Shown: positions 13,900-26,940 of the stretch, piece after piece | Numbering within the stretch: the first letter of the stretch is position 1 | Layout of the letters: each line of letters opens with the position of its first letter | DNA from: Podarcis melisellensis | Taxonomy: Eukaryota | NCBI GenBank assembly: GCA_964234715.1 | Contig: OZ174281.1 | Reading direction: 5' to 3' (one strand) | DNA: 64,000 bases | The notes under the pieces: model-generated | What the model was told of the DNA's origin: nothing | What the model saw: only the letters and a program-made list of their open reading frames with translations | The model's database searches: none | Program-made: the position numbers and the translations under genes

Positions 13900-15320
13900 T
13901 TCCATAATCATCCGGAGAACTGCCGGAGGAGGGACGAGATGGGCTCTTCCCCCGAGGATGCTCTCTCCACCTCTTCGCTTTTGCCCCTTCCCAAAGAGCA
14001 ATCAGGCGCGCGCCATCCTCCACCTGCTGCTTGTTTTTGCACCTCCAGCGTCTCTTCCTCGCGCCAGGTCCGGACGGGGTGGCGTGGTGGGGAAAGCTCC
14101 CCTTCCCGCCGGGCCTTGGCTTTGCCGCCCTGCCCACCTCACCTCGGACTACCGCCAGTTATTGCTTGCTAGGTGAAGCAGGAGGGAGCAGAGAGCGTCC
14201 CGAGCCCCGCAGCAGCAGCGGCAGCTCCTCGGCGCCGGCCGCCTGTGCTGCGCGGGAAGGCGATTCCAGTCCGGGTTTTGAGGCTGGGGCGAGCGCGCCG
14301 CGCGGAGAGAGAGACTAGCAAAAGAGCCTCGGCCCGTCCCTCCCCGCAGCTGGGGAGCGCCACCGCCGGGCCTGCGGGAAGGCAGGCAGCCGAGGCCCCG
14401 GAGCCGCTCGCCCTCGGCGCGGGTCGCCCTCATGGCCGCAGCGCGGCGGCCGGCCTTCCTTCCGAGCGGCGGCGGCGGCAGCAGCTGCCCTCTCGCCTGC
14501 TCGCCGTGAGTGCCTCCTCAGCCGCCGCCCCCTAGCCGAGCCCCGCCGCCGAGCGAGCCAGCGAGCCCGCTGCTGCTGCTGTTTCCCGCGCGCCGCGCTG
14601 AGGCGAGCTGGGCGCGGCCAGCCATGCAAGCGCGGCGCCTGGCCAAGCGCTCCAGCCTGGGGAGCCGGCGCCTCAGCGCCTCGCCGTCGGCCGCGCAGCC
14701 TTTGCCCAAGCTCGACAACTCGTGGAGGCCGCCCCGGCGGGAGGGCTCGGCGGCCGCCCTCGAGGAGGAGGACGAAGAGGAAGACGTGGTGGTCGACGTG
14801 GAGGAGGACGACGACGCCGACGAGGCGGAGGCGAGTGGCGGCGGAGAAGCGGCAGGCAGCGGCAGCCCGCCGCCGCCGGCGCTGGAGCACGCCGGGCCGG
14901 GCAAGGGCCACGCGGCCGCCCGCGGGAGCCTCAAGGTGCGTCGGCGTCGCTGGGCGGGAAAAGCGCCGTCGAAGCCGCCGCCTGCCTGGGCCGGCGGGGT
15001 GGTCGCTGCTCTAGTCTCCGGGCTGCGTTCCGGAGGGGCTTCGTAGGGCGACCTCTTGGAAGTTGCGCGGGAGGCGGGCCTCGCTTGCGCCCCCACTTGC
15101 TTGCAACCCCGAATTCCAGCCCTGGGTAGGAAGAGAATGGGCGGTTGAGAAAGGGGAAGGGGGCATCGGGGCATATGCAGAGTGCCTTCCCAGCACGAGG
15201 CTGGAGGGACGGGGCACCGACTCCATTGCAAGGCAGGCTTGCACATCTGACTTCCCTGCCAAAGTGGACGGGAGAACCGCCGCATACCATCCCCGCTGCA
15301 TAACTGTTTCCCCCCCCGTT
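13900..15320. promoter_or_regulatory. CpG island / ZNF704 promoter and first exon
   Basis: Abrupt shift to very high GC and dense CpG around the exon 1 ATG, in otherwise CpG-depleted DNA. Confidence 0.9.
14624..14935 (+). CDS. ZNF704: ZNF704 coding exon 1 (acidic/Ala-Pro-rich N-terminal extension)
   Basis: GCCATGC start; in-frame TGA upstream at 14507; MQARRLAKR...EEEDEEEDVVVDVEEDDD...ARGSLK resembles the long mouse Zfp704 N-terminus; donor AAG|GTGCGT, phase 0. Confidence 0.88.
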
Positions 15321-17084
15321 TATTGCGAGGGAAATCTAGCTGTCTGCAGGGAAGAGGTTGGGTGCATGTAATGTGTGACAAAGGCATCAGGTGTACATCT
15401 ACCGTTCTGTGTGGAAAAGGTATAAGGGTGGGGAGGTAGAGTGCATTTAAAAAAACCAAAACATTGTGGATTTAAACAAGCAAATGTAGCATAATCTACT
15501 GGCTTGCAAGGACCCTTTGGGATTGCTGTTACCCATCTCAGACAGTTAGCTCATAGTGTAAATAAAGATGGCTGTTGTTTACATTTTTTTAATAAAAGCA
15601 TCAACAAGGATCCTTTCTGTTGTGCTGTGTTGCAGAACTTTTTGCTGTTGCAGGGTTAGGGATGGTGTGCTGTGCTAGAATGAATAACATGAAAGGAAGT
15701 GCCCTCTGACAGTAGAGGGCAATGCTGGAATGACCATTGATAATAGGGATCAGCGTTGTTGGGTTCTAGGGTGTGCGTGTAGGCTTTGAAGTGCATGCAT
15801 CTGAACCACGCTGCTGCAAAAGGATGAAGCCGGCTTAGCAGCAACAGTGAAACGGGAGATAATGGTAAAACATAATGAGGCAGTGAAGAGAGCCATGGGG
15901 ATATTAAGTGTTTGGGGGGTGTGTGTGTGAATGGGTAATGGGCAGGTATATTGGGAAAGTAGTTGGAGCAATTAAGGCTGCATCCCTGTACAGACTTTCT
16001 TGGGAGTAACCCCCACTGAATTCTGAGTAGATGAGCAAAAGGACTGCACTGCAATCTTTGCACTGTGTGTGACCAGAGTCCCCTGTGACCAGTGAAGAAA
16101 TGGTTCTAAAATTTCTGAAACAAGCATTTGTGACTCTACTACAGGATGCTTCTTATGTGATCTTCAGGTTTGCAGTGGGATTTAGGGAAGGCAGGCAGTA
16201 TGTACCTAAGGCTATTTTGGATCTTAAAGGTCAACTTTTATTTTGTTGTTATGCATTTACTTTATCTTCAATGCATTCATATACAAGTTTCAATTTTACA
16301 AAGAACGTTCATAATGCAGGGTCATGGCATTTCATAATTTATATTTTTCTATTGCCCATCAGTTTTTTAAAAAAATTTGCAAGGTGCATTGTATACAAAG
16401 AAACATAGTAACAGAAGTGACAGAGAAACAATTAAAACAGAAAAACACGAAATTGCATCAAGATCTAAAGAGTCAGAGGGAAGCTAACAATCAGAGCAAA
16501 AATCAGACAAAAGGTTTTGGGAAAACAAAGGATAAAAGTTGACTGAAGGAGGTACTTTTTAGGGAACCATAAATTGGGGTGCCACCACTAAGAAGTCCTC
16601 CCTGGTAGCCCCACTTCCTCTCTTTTGCCCAGAAGACAAATAGGAAATCAGTCCAGGTGGTCTGTCACTGTTTTATTTCTTATACTTCTATTCTGCTTGC
16701 CCACATAGAGGTTTACATAGAGTTTTCTATGCTTCATAATCTCCTTAGCATTGTCACTGCTGTAGAACTAGGTCCCTGTTCTGGTAAAGCTAAAACATCT
16801 GAATGGTTCTATGTGGGGCTGTCCTATATGACATTTTGCAGTTGTCCAGATTACAAAGCTACCTGATAGATTCCCTGAGTTAACAGGGACATATTTAACC
16901 CTGTGAAGTCTATGCTGTAAATGTATTATCTGCTGCCCAGTGGAATACAGTATGAAGTGTATGCAAGGCTTATTATTAATCATTATCAGTATTTACCATG
17001 TCCACACAACACCACAGCCAATTGTCATTTGGCTGAGAAAGCATGGAGAAATGTTGCATTGCCCAACAGGTTGACAGGAGGATG

Positions 17085-17232
17085 CAGTGGCGTAGCGTGA
17101 GGGGTGCAGGGGGGGGCCGGCTGCACCGGGCGCAACATCTGGGGGTTAAGGTTAGGGGGCGCAAATCCACGGGTTAGGGGGCACAAATTACTTGCCTTGC
17201 CCCAGGTGCTGACAACCCACGCTACGCCACTG
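17085..17232. mobile_element. hAT MITE
   Basis: 15-bp TIR cagtggcgtagcgtg / cacgctacgccactg; perfect 8-bp TSD GGAGGATG. Confidence 0.92.
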
Positions 17233-18317
17233 GGAGGATGTATCTTCTGATGTCCTACCATCTCCCTTAAAATTGTATTTGGCCACTTCCAAACTGTTGC
17301 CATTTTGCAGGTAGGATTGAGTCTCGTACTATGAAATGCAGATGGCACTATTTAAATGGATTTGGCACTCTGGTACAACAAACCCACGTAAACAATTTTT
17401 TGGACTTTTGCGGTAAGGAAAGTGATGGGGAAATGCACTGGAAAGTGTGGAAATTGCTTGACATGATGTTGTATAAGCTCACTGCAAACAAATTGGGATG
17501 AATGCTCTGATAAACAGGTATTGTAAAAGTGACCTTAGCTTGGATTTTTCCTTCTGCAGTCTTAACACCACCACTAATGCAAGCCATGATCAAGAATATG
17601 TTTGTGTCTCAGGTGTCTCTCTTTCTTGATTATGGTTGACATGGAAAACTGAGATTTTCAACACTGGTGTTTTGGCTCATTAATTGGTAGATGTACCAGT
17701 GATGGAACCAGTGGCTGCAGTGCTGTGAGTGTTTGTAGGCAGTGGGATAATAAGTGGTGATTGGAGACCTACAGTTTAAACCTATTTAAAAGTATATGTA
17801 TTTGTCATTTTTCATGTTCCCTGTCGAAATTTGGCAGCCTAAGAACTGTGCTGCATGCTTGGAAATGTTTTTGGCTGTACAGTGAAGAATACATGCTAGT
17901 TTAACCCAATATCTGCCAGAGAAGAGAGTTTGATAGGGTAAAGTAGAAATGGGAACCCGTGGCCCTTAGATATTTTTAAACAGTGTGAACCATGTGATTA
18001 ATAGTAAAGAACTTTAGCTGCTGAGCCAAATTCAAGGTGCCCTAAACAACTTAGGATCTGGTTCCCTGCAGGAATATCTTTTCTCATATAGACCTGCCTG
18101 TGTGTTAAGATCTTTAAGGGAAACCCTCCTGCCTGTGCTGCAGTGCTGGCTCCTGGGGTGCCTTGGCACCCACAAAACTCCATTGTGGGGGCTGGGCACC
18201 CACAAATTTCAGTACCAAGGCCATGCACAATGCATGGCACCCAAGGCCCCGGGCACCCACATTCTCAGGGCCAAGCTGGCACTCCTGCAGGCAGCTGATA
18301 TAAACCACGTGTCAATA

Positions 18318-18409
18318 CAGTGCTACCTTGGTTTGCGTACATCTTGGTTTGCATACGTTTTGGATTACAAACACGTCAAACCTGGAAGTGCATGTCCCGG
18401 TTTACAACC

Positions 18410-18451
<42 letters not shown>

Positions 18452-18585
18452 GACCCATTTCTTTTTATTATGAACAATTTTTTATTGGGAGGCCCCATTG
18501 GCAAATTCACGCCTTATTTACACCCTGTTATGATTTACAAATGGACCTCTGGAACAGATTATGGTTGTAAACCAAGGTACCACTA
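18318..18585. mobile_element. Tc1/mariner (Tigger-like) MITE with internal (ATT)n at about 18412-18450
   Basis: TA|cagtgctaccttggttt ... aaaccaaggtaccacta|TA. Confidence 0.8.
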
Positions 18586-21500
18586 TACAGAGGAAGGGCC
18601 TTCTCAGTGGTTGTACCTTGACTGTGGAACGCACTCACCACTGAGGTACAGCTGACACTGACCCAGAAGAGTTCCCTCTTCAGCTGAACACTCATTTGTT
18701 CACTCAGACTCTCACAGAACATTATTAGTCCCTGATCTTGATGGCTTAATATTGTATCATGTTTCCTCCTGGTGATTAAGTTGTAGCCATTTTAGTGCTC
18801 TGCTTTTTGTTACATTGTTGCCTTAGTTTTAATGTACTATACTGTTGGATTCTTTGGAAAGTAGATAGTAAATACTTTAAATAAATAAGTAACGGCCATT
18901 ATAGTTAGTTCAAACCATTCAGCTTCATAATTGGTGGTTTGAAATTGGAATGTTTTGAAAATGACTACAGCTAGCATTCAAACACCGTTTCTAGTTTGGA
19001 TAAAACAAAACAACTAAAAGGGGGAGGGGGCATTTCAAACACCTCTAGGAAAAGAATTAGGGAGGTTGCAAACTCAGGAGGACAAGTCTTTCATGAAGTG
19101 CTAAATCATGGAATAGCATTGCATCTGAATGCAGCCCCATATCTAAAACTGTATAATGCTTACTTAACAACATTGTTAAAGGTGTGGAATGGACAAGTTG
19201 AAACCACATTGTGTACTGACTACTCCAGAAAGGCTTTTCTCAAAGATCCAACTGTGTTGATGGTTAATGTGATATGTTTTTATAACTGTAATGGAGGCTG
19301 ACAAACACTTGACACACGATAGTTGGCTTGTAATGCAAAGAGATCTAACCTGTTGCTGATGCCACAAATAAACTCAGCTTGGTTAAGACAAGAAACATCA
19401 AAGACGTTTGCTGTGTATGACAAGAACACTTCTGTTCAGAAACATGCAGCATAAGGGGAAGTATTATATTTCTTTTATATGGGGGAAGGAAGCTGTTGAG
19501 GAGTACAGTTTTGCATTGTTAACATTTGGGCCTGGAAAATGCTTACACTTGAGATTTTTAAAACCTAACTTTTTATCATCAGGTGATATGCATTGATATA
19601 ATGTAAATAATAATAATCTGCTGGTAAAACCAAGAATGGTGTACTGTACTATGACTAATACTGGAAGTAGTTGTACTATAAACACATTGGTCTGAGGGTT
19701 AAAAAGTAACTGTGCTATGAAGCCAAGAGCTGCACCATCAGTTAATGTTACACATTTTTGAAACTCTGGCCAAAACTATGGAGAAACTTTAAAAAAAGAC
19801 TACTCTGGCAATGTCCCAGCTTGGATGCTGTACTTCTCTTCTGATATGCTGGGTCATAATTTGAAGGGCAATGGCATGTTCCTGCTTCTTAAAATTATGG
19901 TTTGAAAAATTACCCGAATTGAGCCATTGCTTCTTTTTTTTTTTTTTAAGAAAAGCATGGAGCAGAGAGGAGCTGCTGTGTTGGTCCTATCAAATAAAAA
20001 GTACACAAATTTACATAAATATGCCAGTTTCAATCGGCAAATAGAATATGCAGTTACTGGGACTAACAGCCATATGTGTTGTTAATAGAAAAATGTATAT
20101 CCTTCCCTTTTGGTGACTGTGCACAATTCTGGGGTAACCAATGAGGTGCCCTGCAGATGTTTTGGATGACAACTCTCATCCCATTCCAGCATGATTCAGG
20201 AATAATAGTAGCTGTGGTCCAAACACCTGGGGGTGCCATGTTGGCCAGCCCTGCTGTATATGCACAGAAGTACCAAAAAGGTGCACCAGTCTCTTCCATT
20301 TATTCTTTCACTGTTTGTTTGTTTTTGCATGTGTAAACTATCATTTTGCTTCTTGTAACTTTAAATATAGTATACTGTTTGGGCAGCAGAAGATTAGTAT
20401 CCCGTTATGTTGTATTTCATGCAACATGGAAGGGAGGGAGAATAGGCAGGGTAAGCTAAGTATAGCTAAATGTGACTTGTTTCTGTGTTGAGCTGACTGG
20501 CTAGCCTTTGAATTGTCAAGAGTAATGCAGGAAAACTGTTCCTTTTTTTGGCCCTTTTGGATGAAACTGTGCAATATATAGTAGTAGTCATGTAATTTCT
20601 TGACCACAATAAAACCATTCACATTTTTGTTCTGGAGAAACTGATATTTGAGTGGAATATTAGTTCTTCAACTGTTGAATAGCAAAGCTATGAATTCTCT
20701 TTCTTTGTACTATTTTTTTTTAATATAATGCTGATTTAGAAGAAGTGGTGCTTGTAATGGCATTCCTGATGCATTATTTCAGGTAGTGTTCTTCAGCACA
20801 GCTATTTCCAGACACTTTGAATGATTAGGCTTAACTAGCATAGGTTATTTATAAGAAGCAGGCATTGGCAAGGTGAGTGAGTAAATAAATGCAAAGAGTA
20901 GCCTAGAATGTAACGATACATTAAGATTCAGAGCAGCACCTTTCCAAATATTGATAGAAGAATCTTTCTTACCTCATTGTGCTCCTCCGTGAATATTATT
21001 CTTGCTGAATAGATTGTGCAATATAATTCTTCTTTTTTCAAATTGATTTATCCTCAGGCTAGCACAAAAAAAATGTTTAAGAGAACTTGAGGTTGGAGTT
21101 GTATGTTAAGAATACAAATCAATTAGATTTGTTTTTAAATAGTCTTTTAGATGTTTGATATTTTAACAGCATGAGGTGTAGTCTGGCCCCTGTTGCTTCC
21201 AGTGATGGTGTGCTATTAAGCATATTTCAGACTTACGGAAAGGGTTTATTGGTGCTAGTAAAAGCTTTGAGGAAGAATTTGCACCCTAAGCATTCCTGTA
21301 AGTCTCCTTTTATTATCATTGTAAGTATTTCTAAAAAGGTTTTGCGTAATGTTTCTACATCCAGAAGTCTCCCATTCCATATATCTTGTCCTGCATCTCC
21401 AAGTAGCTTCCTGATATATTTTTTTCATGGATGTATCATTGTCATCTTAAATGCGGTACATGCATGATTGAACTGCTTCTCCTAAGCCTCCTTCTCTTTG

Positions 21501-21924
21501 GCTACATTCAGACAATAATATTTTGGCCTAATAAGCTGAGGTATGAATGAGCCTTGTGCCCCTGCAGGAAAGCCAGGAAACAAACCAAGAAGTCTTCAGT
21601 TAACTATGGTTTCATGTTGTATCCAAACTGGGAAGCCATGGTTAGCAGCTTGAGAATAAGGTAGGATATCAAACCATGGTTTGAAGTTGGCTTCATATCC
21701 TGGATTCTTCTGAAGCCATTAACTAGCTTCCCAGTTGCACATAGTGCAAAATTATGCTTAACTGAAGACTTCTTAATGTGGCTATTGACTAGGGTCTATA
21801 GATACTATCTTCCCTGTTAACCAGGCATTAATTCTTCTTATGTCACCAGAGGCTAAAATAACCTTGGTGATTAGGAGCACCTATTACCAGCTAGTGTAGC
21901 AATGATGTCCTGGAATTGGGCAGT

Positions 21925-22420
21925 CCTTATGCACTCTTTGTGGGGCTGCCCTTGGAATTATTTCAGAAGCTGCAGCTAGTGCAGAAGATGGCAGCGAAGG
22001 TACTGAGTGGAGAGCTAAAAGTGCTCAAACAGGCTGGCTGCTGTTAGCTACCAAGCAATGTCCAGAGTTTTGTTTCTGGTGTATAAAGCCCTAAACAACT
22101 CGGGACCAGAATACTGAAAAGATTGCCTTCCCCTTCCTATGCAGACATGTTAGGGTGTTAAGATAATCAGAGAAACCCTTGCTAGTGGTACCACATTATC
22201 TAAGCATGTCACTCGGGGTGGGGGAATGAAGAAGGGCCTTCTTTATAGTGGTGCCCACTCTTTGGAGCACTCTATTATTGGCATTGCTCATTGCTGATTT
22301 TATTTAGATTTTATGTATATTTTAATAGTCACTTTTAAAACATTTTAGTGTTGAATTTTATTTTGTAAGCTGTTTCAGGACCCCTGTATGGGAAGCCGTG
22401 TTTAAATAATTTTAATAAAA
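21925..22420 (+). mobile_element. Old L2-type LINE 3' fragment
   Basis: Degenerate GLPL...KLQLVQ..AA and RAF..V.P.LW coding remnants. Confidence 0.5.
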
Positions 22421-22482
22421 TCTAGGTTTTTGTTTCAGAATCTCCTCTCTATCTCCCACACACACAGTCTCAGTCACCAAGT

Positions 22483-22735
22483 GAGAGCCAGTGTGGTGTA
22501 GTGGTTAAGAGCAGTGGACTCGTAATCTGGTGAACCAGGTTCGATTCCCCACTCCTCCACATGCAGCTGCTGGGTGACCTAGGGCTAGTCACACTTCTCT
22601 TAAGTCTCTCAGCCTCACTCACCTCATAGTGTGTTTGTTGTGAGGGAGGAAGGGAAAGGAGATTGTTAGCCACTTTGAGACTCCTTAGGGTAGTGATAAA
22701 GCGGGATATCAAATCCAAACTCCTCCTCTTCTTCT
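22483..22735 (+). mobile_element. tRNA-derived CORE-type SINE (Squam3-like)
   Basis: A box tggtgtagtgg, B box ggttcgattcc, CORE-like ctgggtgacctagggctagtcac...ctctcagcctca, (CTT)n tail. Confidence 0.8.
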
Positions 22736-23899
22736 GCATAGCATAGCAAAAACCAAAACAACAACAACAAAAACCCAGTAGCTGTTTTTTCAGACTCCAC
22801 AAGTCATGTTCTGGTTATCTCTTGTCTTGGCTACTGCAAATTTCCATCCTTCCCTTTATGCACCTTAGTCCTTTCATTTATGTCTAGAACTCTTCTACCC
22901 AAATCATTAATCTCTCCACTGAAGCTGGGCGGGGGAAGGTGCATCCCATAATAGTACCACTTCAAATTAAGTCATGGATTGAAACTTAATTTGGTCTAAT
23001 AAAGCAAGTTTTGCTACAGACTAGGCTTCTGTCCGCATAGCTATTGAATTACTGGAAATCCCTATCACGGGTCTGTGAAGAAGAGCAGATAAGTAGAGTT
23101 GAGTCATAGTGGGTTGCAGCAAAGCAAACTTACTTTATCTGTACCATTCTGCCTTGTAAGCCGCCGGCAGAGTCAGAGGCATCATGTGATGGACTGGAGA
23201 AGCAACTAGCACAATGGCAGGATAGAGTTGTTGATTTTTTTTGACTTAGGAATGGTGTCTGTGCAGAGCAATGAGGCTAAGAGAGAATATGTGTCAAACT
23301 TGGAACATTGCATTTCTATTCTTTACCCAAGTCTAAAATTATAATTACCCATCCCCTTTCCTTACCCTTTATAAAGAGCAGGTTAGCCAGACAAAATCTG
23401 AAGGCTGTGTAAAAAAAATGGTCTTTGATACATGGTAACTTGATGGGGGGATAGTAAGACAAAGTTAATTGAACCTGTTGATTAGAATTTGAGTCCAATT
23501 TTGCATGAACCCCATACATGTTATTGCATGTGCAGATTTGGAGTGCTGTGCGTCTGTTCTCTTAAACTGAACTTGCAAAGGGGAAATTTCCATCACACAT
23601 AGGCCTGCAGCTTGGACCGTGAGAACTTGCTGCATCTCCTCAAATGCCTACACAGGCTTCAACAGACATAACAAAAACTCCTGGCCATCACTTCTGCTGC
23701 ATTTCATTTCATCACTCTTTTCTCTGCTGCCTTTATCCCTATTTACTCGCCATATACAATATTACCCATTATTGTTACCCATATTATCACTCCCCATGAA
23801 TTCAGCAGATGTGAAGTCTTCTGCATTCCTTAGCAGACCCATCCATTTGTACCATTGAAAGGGACATTGTGGGAGATTTTCAGTACACCGCCTTACCCC

Positions 23900-24340
23900 C
23901 CTCCCACATACACTTTCAAAAGGGTGTAAGATGTCAATCGTCCAAAGGCCTGGTTGAAGAGGGAACATTTTTGCCTGGCACCTAAAGGTGTATAATGAAG
24001 GGGCCAGCTAAACCTCCCTGGGGAGAGCATTCTACAAACAGGGAGCCACTGCAGAAAAGACCCGTTATGATGTTGCTGCCCTCTAAATCTCTTGTAGCGT
24101 AGGCACACGAAGAAGGGCCTCAGATGATGAATGCAGGGTCTGGGTCGGTTCATATGGGGAGAGGCTGCCCTTGAGGTATTGTGGTCCTGAGCCATTTAAG
24201 GCTTTATAGGTATAAAAAACCCAGGACTTTGAATTGGGCTTGGAAACTAATTAGCAGCCAGTGCAGTCTGACCAGGATTGGTGTAATATGCTCAAGCCGT
24301 CATGCCCCATTAAGCATCCTGGCCACCAAATTCTGCACCA
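23900..24340 (-). mobile_element. L2-type LINE 3' fragment
   Basis: Minus strand reads FSAVAPCL*NALP-like and LFNQAF motifs typical of the L2 ORF2 end. Confidence 0.6.
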
Positions 24341-25090
24341 TGGTTGGACAGTTGACCTATGCACATACATGTCAGGTACGTGCCATGCACACAGTGGTTC
24401 TCTGAATTGTCCCAGAATTAGTATTTGATTTCTTCAGGATAATTGGTTAAAAATCAACTTTCAAAACAGGAAATCTCATCTGTCTTTCAAGCATGACCTT
24501 TATTACTAAAGTGAAAAGTATACTTGTTTACAATTGTTGGTTGTGTTGTGTTGTGAGCTTTTTGCTTTGCAAAACACAGGGGAAACATATTTTCTTGGCA
24601 ATATGTCATTTGGCTGCATGTCGAGAAGTATAATATGACTAATGCTTTCAGCTTGGATACCATTTGTGTTCTTAAAGTAATCATTCTGGTTTTTCTCTTG
24701 AAACAAGTGCCAGAAGGCTTTCCAAGGAAACTACAAAATGGGAAATGTGTTTAAATATTTTGCCTCTAATCATTTTAAGTGTGTGCATGGGCTTGCACTG
24801 TAATTTTTCATTGTATTTTACAGTAACCTTATACCAGCGTAATTAGTTTTACAGTTTAAAAAAAATAAACTGGCGCTGGGCAACAACCAGCAGTGTTTCC
24901 CGATAATACCCATGTTGAACTCCCTTCCCCATCCATGTATTCAAACTACTATGCATCTGTTGCATTTATTTTATTTTTTTATTATTGATAAACTCTGTTG
25001 GAAGCATCAAGATTTTAACTTTTAACCAAAACCTTCATGTTTCACATGGACTGAAGCTGCACCTTTTTTTGCACAGGACTATTTTCACAG

Positions 25091-25446
25091 TGGGTGGCGC
25101 TGTGGTCTAAACCACTGAGCCTTGGGCTTGCCGATTGGAAGGTCAGTGGTTCGAATCCCCACAATGGGATGAGCTCCCGTTGCTGGGTCCCTGCTCCTGC
25201 CAACCTAGCAGTTTGAAAGCATGTCAAAGTGCAAGTAGATAAATAGGTACCGCTCCAGTGGGAGGGTAAACGGCATTTCCATGTGCTGCTCTGGTTTAAC
25301 CAGAAGCAGCTTAGTCATGCTGGCTACATGACCCAGAAAAACTGTCTGCGGACAAATGTCGGCTCCCTTGGCCAGAAAGCAAGATGAGCGCTGCAACCCC
25401 AGAGTCGTCCGTGACTGGACCTAACAGTCAGGGGTCTTTTACCTTA
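25091..25446 (+). mobile_element. Sauria SINE (Squam1-like)
   Basis: gggtggcgctgtggtctaaacc, B box ggttcgaatcc, ACCTT tail; homologous to the other copies in the window. Confidence 0.88.
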
Positions 25447-26610
25447 CACACACACACACACACACATGGTCATAGTGTGGCTAGATGCAAGCAAAGTTGT
25501 ACGAAGCTACCCATTTCTGTTTCAGTTACTCATTTTTCCAGTTTTAAATTCATTTCAGTACATTTCCACGTCAGTTTGTGATTTTTTATTTATTAGAAAA
25601 ACATAACAGAATTAGTTCCTAATACAACATTTTCTGAGAGCAGTTTCCCCTAATATAACACATTTTATATGCTATTTTCACTAATATATTTGTTGTTTGT
25701 TTATTAATTCAATTTCTGTCCCAGCCTTCCTCCCCAAGAAGCCAAAGTAGCAAAACATGACAAAGCAGTAAAACATGACAACTGCAATTTAAAATAAGTT
25801 CGAACACTTAAGCCCATCTAAGAATGTGTAAGTCATGTTCAAGGTGGCTTGCAACATGCATAATTACAAAGATTAACAAAAGTCATAGTAGGCAATAAGT
25901 GAAACATCAGAAAGTACACATATTGAACAATTTCCACATAAATCATAATGAGATATAAAATAAAGATACAAAAAATAATAAGTAACATTCGCAAACCATC
26001 CCCCCTCAACAAAATCCTCTCAACAATACCCTAGCCCAAGAGCTTTTGTAGCTGGAGTTAGCCCAGGGGGGAAAAGGCCTGCAAGGCAGAGAGCAAGTCT
26101 TCCAGGATTCACAGCCAAGATGGTCCTGCCGTGAGAGCATGCTGGGTCTTCCTTCCTCTTTGTCAAGGGTGGGGAAGCTGTGGCCCTCCAGAGGTTGTTG
26201 AACTCAGTTCCCATCAGCTTCAGCCAGGATGCCCAGTGGTCAGGAATGAAGGAAGCTGAGGTCCAATAAGCGTCTGGAAGACCACAAGTTCCCCTCCCCT
26301 GGCGCACAGAGCAAGGTAGTTCTAGAACTGAGGCTGGGTGCTGCCCACCAAGAGCACCTTTCTGTTTGCCCTTGCTGCTCTTATTTGATATGTGGATGGC
26401 CCTCTCAATAGGGTGCTCATGACAATTTGCAGGTACCTGTAGTAAAGGAAATGAAGAGGTTTCTGTCTGAAGCCTGTGAAGCAAAGTGGTTGGTAATGTG
26501 AGTCGGAGCTGCTAAATAGAATTGGATGCCTAGAGGCTATGTCTGCCCCCTCTTTTTAAAATGATGCAAATGAATTGCAAGAAATCTAATAATCCCTTTT
26601 AATTTTTCAG

Positions 26611-26858
26611 GCAACCAGCATAAAGCGTGAAATGACCTTCGCAGCGTTTCAGCAGGAGGAGCTAAAAAGTGATCTGAATCAAAAACTGTCAGACCAACAT
26701 TTTTTTCTGTTGGCGATGAAGGAAGAGGATTCGAAAACAGCAGACACCAAAAAACCTGGCAGAGTCCATGAGCACGAGAAAGAAAGCACCCGCTCCATCT
26801 GCCTTCTCGAGCAGAAACGCAAAGTTGTGTCTTCAAATATTGATGTGCCTCCTGCAAG
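26611..26858 (+). CDS. ZNF704: ZNF704 coding exon 2
   Basis: Acceptor tttttcag|GCA; [14 protein letters not shown]...[14 protein letters not shown](R); internal ATG at 26632; donor AG|GTAGGG, phase 2. Confidence 0.95.
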
Positions 26859-26940
26859 GTAGGGAAACCTGAAAAGCAGGAAAGGGTGGCAAAATAGTCA
26901 TTTCCAAGTTCAGCAAGTTGGGTTTTTCTGATATAAACTA

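Noticed and set aside
13883-15459. Many overlapping ORFs, including 313 aa on the minus strand
   Set aside because: Expected lack of stop codons in a GC-rich CpG island. Only the 14624 frame matches ZNF704.
18102-18655. ORFs with poly-Ile, poly-Tyr or poly-Leu
   Set aside because: Translations of the (ATT)n microsatellite inside a MITE.
22483-22560. tRNA gene
   Set aside because: A and B boxes are present, but the sequence continues into a SINE body and tail. The same applies to the Sauria SINE heads.
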